Positions 61,919-64,000 of a stretch of 64,000 nt of DNA are shown here, piece by piece. The notes under the pieces were generated by a model. The model was given only the letters and a program-made list of their open reading frames with translations, did no database searches and was not told where the DNA came from. The translations under genes and the position numbers were made by a program. The stretch is from an uncultured Spirochaetota bacterium (GTDB lineage: Bacteria > Spirochaetota > Spirochaetia > SZUA-6 > Fen-1364). The stretch's first letter is position 1. Each line of letters opens with the position of its first letter. Location of the stretch: NCBI GenBank assembly GCA_963845535.1, contig CAWJSK010000002.1, positions 64,001 to 128,000 on the forward strand, given 5' to 3'.

Positions 61919-62434
61919 ATGAGCACAGATGACCCCACCATGACGCTTCACCTTCCCCAACCGAGTGAGATCACCGAACGGGAGAAGGACGACGCCATGG
62001 GGGCGTACCTCATGATGTTCGCCTCACTCGCCATAGGCCTTCCCATTCCGCTTTTGAACCTCATCGCGTCGGTGATATATTTCCTTGTGAACAAAAAGAC
62101 CTCCGCGTTCGTCGCGTTCCATGCCTTGCAAGCCCTGCTCTCCCACATCCCCATCGTCCTGTTGAACGCCGGGCTGGTGGCATGGATCATTACGAAACTG
62201 GCCACCCACGCTACGTCATGGGCGTGGTTTTTCTGGTACCTGTTCTTCACCATCCTGGTGAACCTGACCTACATTGTCTGGTCCATTGTCGCCCTGATCA
62301 ACGCCAACAAGGGGCGGTTCTTCTACATGCCGGTGGTCGGACGCTTCAGCTTTGCCCGGTATTACGGCCTGAAGGCCGCGCGCCAACCGCGCGCTCCGCG
62401 GGTGTGGGAAAATAAGCCTCCGGAGGGTTTTTGA
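61919..62434 (+). CDS. DUF4870 membrane protein
   Basis: FVAFHALQAL, ANKGRFFYMP. Confidence 0.75.
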   Translation: MSTDDPTMTLHLPQPSEITEREKDDAMGAYLMMFASLAIGLPIPLLNLIASVIYFLVNKKTSAFVAFHALQALLSHIPIVLLNAGLVAWIITKLATHATSWAWFFWYLFFTILVNLTYIVWSIVALINANKGRFFYMPVVGRFSFARYYGLKAARQPRAPRVWENKPPEGF

Positions 62435-63258
62435 CCCGTCGTTCCCGTCTCCCGGCGGAGATTGCCATCCTGGCAGCAGTGGTTGTCGCCCTTGGCGCCG
62501 CCGCGTACGCCGCGCAGAAGTTTCTCCTCCCTCCGCGCGCGTTGACAACGGACATCACGAAGTCCATGGATGAAGCTCTCGGCCCGCTGATCCTCCGCCA
62601 GGTCGAGTTCTCACAAAGCGTGCTTTCTGATCCGAGCGTTACCAAGGCTTTCGCCGCTATCATGGGCCGGCTGCGCCTCGCCCTGGACCAGCTTGCTCCG
62701 GGGTCACCGAACATCAAGATCGTGGTCATTGATTCACCTACCATCAACGCTTTCACTCTGCCCGGAGGGATCATCTGCGTCTACACCGGCCTGATGCGCA
62801 ATCTCGATTCAGCCGAGCAGATGGCTGGCGTCCTGGGGCACGAGCTGTCCCATGCGGCGCATCGGGACCCCCTCGCGCTCCTGGCCCGACAAGTCGGGGT
62901 GGCTGCCCTTGCGGGCGTGCTGACCGGCGGCAGAGGCGGAGACCTGGCCAGGACGCTCGCGCAGACCCTGGTGAACGTCCACTACGGCAGGGAAGCGGAA
63001 GACCGCGCAGACGCCTTCTCCGTGCAGCTCCTGGCGCGGTCGGACATCGACCCTTCCGCTTTCGCGCGCGCCCTTGAACGCATCAAGAAGTCAGAGCCGA
63101 AGGACCCCCGCCTCCTCCAGTGGATCGACTCGCATTCACCGATCGATGAAAGGATCCAGCGGGCCCGGGAGCAGGCGGCCACACTCTCGGTCAGCGCGCG
63201 ACGGATAGGGGTGAACTGGCCCGCGCTCATCAAGCGGCTGCCGAAGACCGACGAATGA
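62431..63258 (+). CDS. M48 family metallopeptidase
   Basis: INAFTLPGG, GHELSH, EDRAD, SHSP. Confidence 0.88.
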   Translation: MTRRSRLPAEIAILAAVVVALGAAAYAAQKFLLPPRALTTDITKSMDEALGPLILRQVEFSQSVLSDPSVTKAFAAIMGRLRLALDQLAPGSPNIKIVVIDSPTINAFTLPGGIICVYTGLMRNLDSAEQMAGVLGHELSHAAHRDPLALLARQVGVAALAGVLTGGRGGDLARTLAQTLVNVHYGREAEDRADAFSVQLLARSDIDPSAFARALERIKKSEPKDPRLLQWIDSHSPIDERIQRAREQAATLSVSARRIGVNWPALIKRLPKTDE

Positions 63259-64000
63259 CCGAAAGCGAGGACGTCCTTTCCCTTTTCCATCCCCTCGTTG
63301 CGCAGTGGTTCTCTCAGGCGGTCGGAAAGCCCACCGAGGTCCAGGCCGCCGCGTGGCCGGTCATAGCCGCGGGTTCCCATGCCGTGGTGAGCGCTCCGAC
63401 CGGCACGGGCAAGACGCTTGCCGCGTTTCTCTGGGGGCTCGATCGGCTCATTACCGGAGCGTGGCCTGCGGGCAAGGTGAGGATGCTCTACGTCTCACCC
63501 CTCAAGGCCTTGAACAACGACATCCAGAGGAACCTACTGACGCCCCTCGCCGGCCTTGCGGAGCATTTCTCCCGGGCAGGCGACAGGTTTCCCGAGATCA
63601 GGGTGCTCACGAGAAGCGGTGACACTCCCTCCTCCGAGAGGCGGCGGATGCTCGCCCACCCGCCCGAGATCCTCATCACGACTCCCGAGAGCCTCAATCT
63701 GATCCTTTCCTCGCGGAACGCCCGGCTGATGCTGGACGGGCTGGCAACGGTCATCCTGGATGAGATCCACGCCGTGGCAGCCACCAAGAGGGGGACGCAC
63801 CTCTTCACCGCGGTGGAGCGCCTTGTGCGGCTGTCAGGGGAGTTTCAGCGGATCGCGCTCTCCGCAACGGTGCGCCCGCTCTCCGTCATTGCGGACCTTG
63901 TTGGCGGCTACCGTCTCATTCGCGGCGGTGGGCAGGCCTCGTATGAAAAGCGGAAAGTCAGCATCATCACCTGCCCGCTGTCCAAGCGGTACGACCTCAC
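63255..64000 (+). CDS. lhr: Lhr-family DEAD/DEAH helicase (partial, runs off right edge)
   Basis: Manual translation from ATG 63255: FHPLVAQWF, APTGTGKT, YVSPLKALNNDI, ITTPESL, LDEIH, KRGTH, ALSAT. Confidence 0.9.
   Translation, partial: MTESEDVLSLFHPLVAQWFSQAVGKPTEVQAAAWPVIAAGSHAVVSAPTGTGKTLAAFLWGLDRLITGAWPAGKVRMLYVSPLKALNNDIQRNLLTPLAGLAEHFSRAGDRFPEIRVLTRSGDTPSSERRRMLAHPPEILITTPESLNLILSSRNARLMLDGLATVILDEIHAVAATKRGTHLFTAVERLVRLSGEFQRIALSATVRPLSVIADLVGGYRLIRGGGQASYEKRKVSIITCPLSKRYDL

Overview
Bacterial genomic window, probably from a member of the Spirochaetia. That assignment is inferred from solute-binding proteins with 'FAGGxKE' signal ends and a TP0789-like lipoprotein-sorting protein. 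Bases 1-~9300 are a visibly less GC-rich accessory island read on the minus strand. It holds a translationally coupled DUF4338(DruA-like)-NurA-HerA operon (a candidate undescribed defence system, running off the left edge), an IS1182 remnant, a GT25/sulfotransferase-like/GH16 fusion plus a GT32 gene, and a textbook integron attC site. It also holds a HEPN(DUF3644) gene cassette split by an IS5-family element with 16-bp IRs and a 6-bp TSD. No integron integrase is present in the window. The remainder is GC-rich backbone: a DUF2089/pentapeptide/double ABC exporter operon, MarR-MFS, a membrane methyltransferase with a membrane-anchored Pcm, ECF sigma/anti-sigma, ppc, a ROK-regulated sugar catabolism locus, a sugar ABC with a two-component system, a type II R-M pair, ybaK, peptidases and the start of lhr. 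About ten genes carry small frameshifts, most likely assembly indels. No rRNA, tRNA or CRISPR array was seen. Family assignments come from motif recognition, not database searches.
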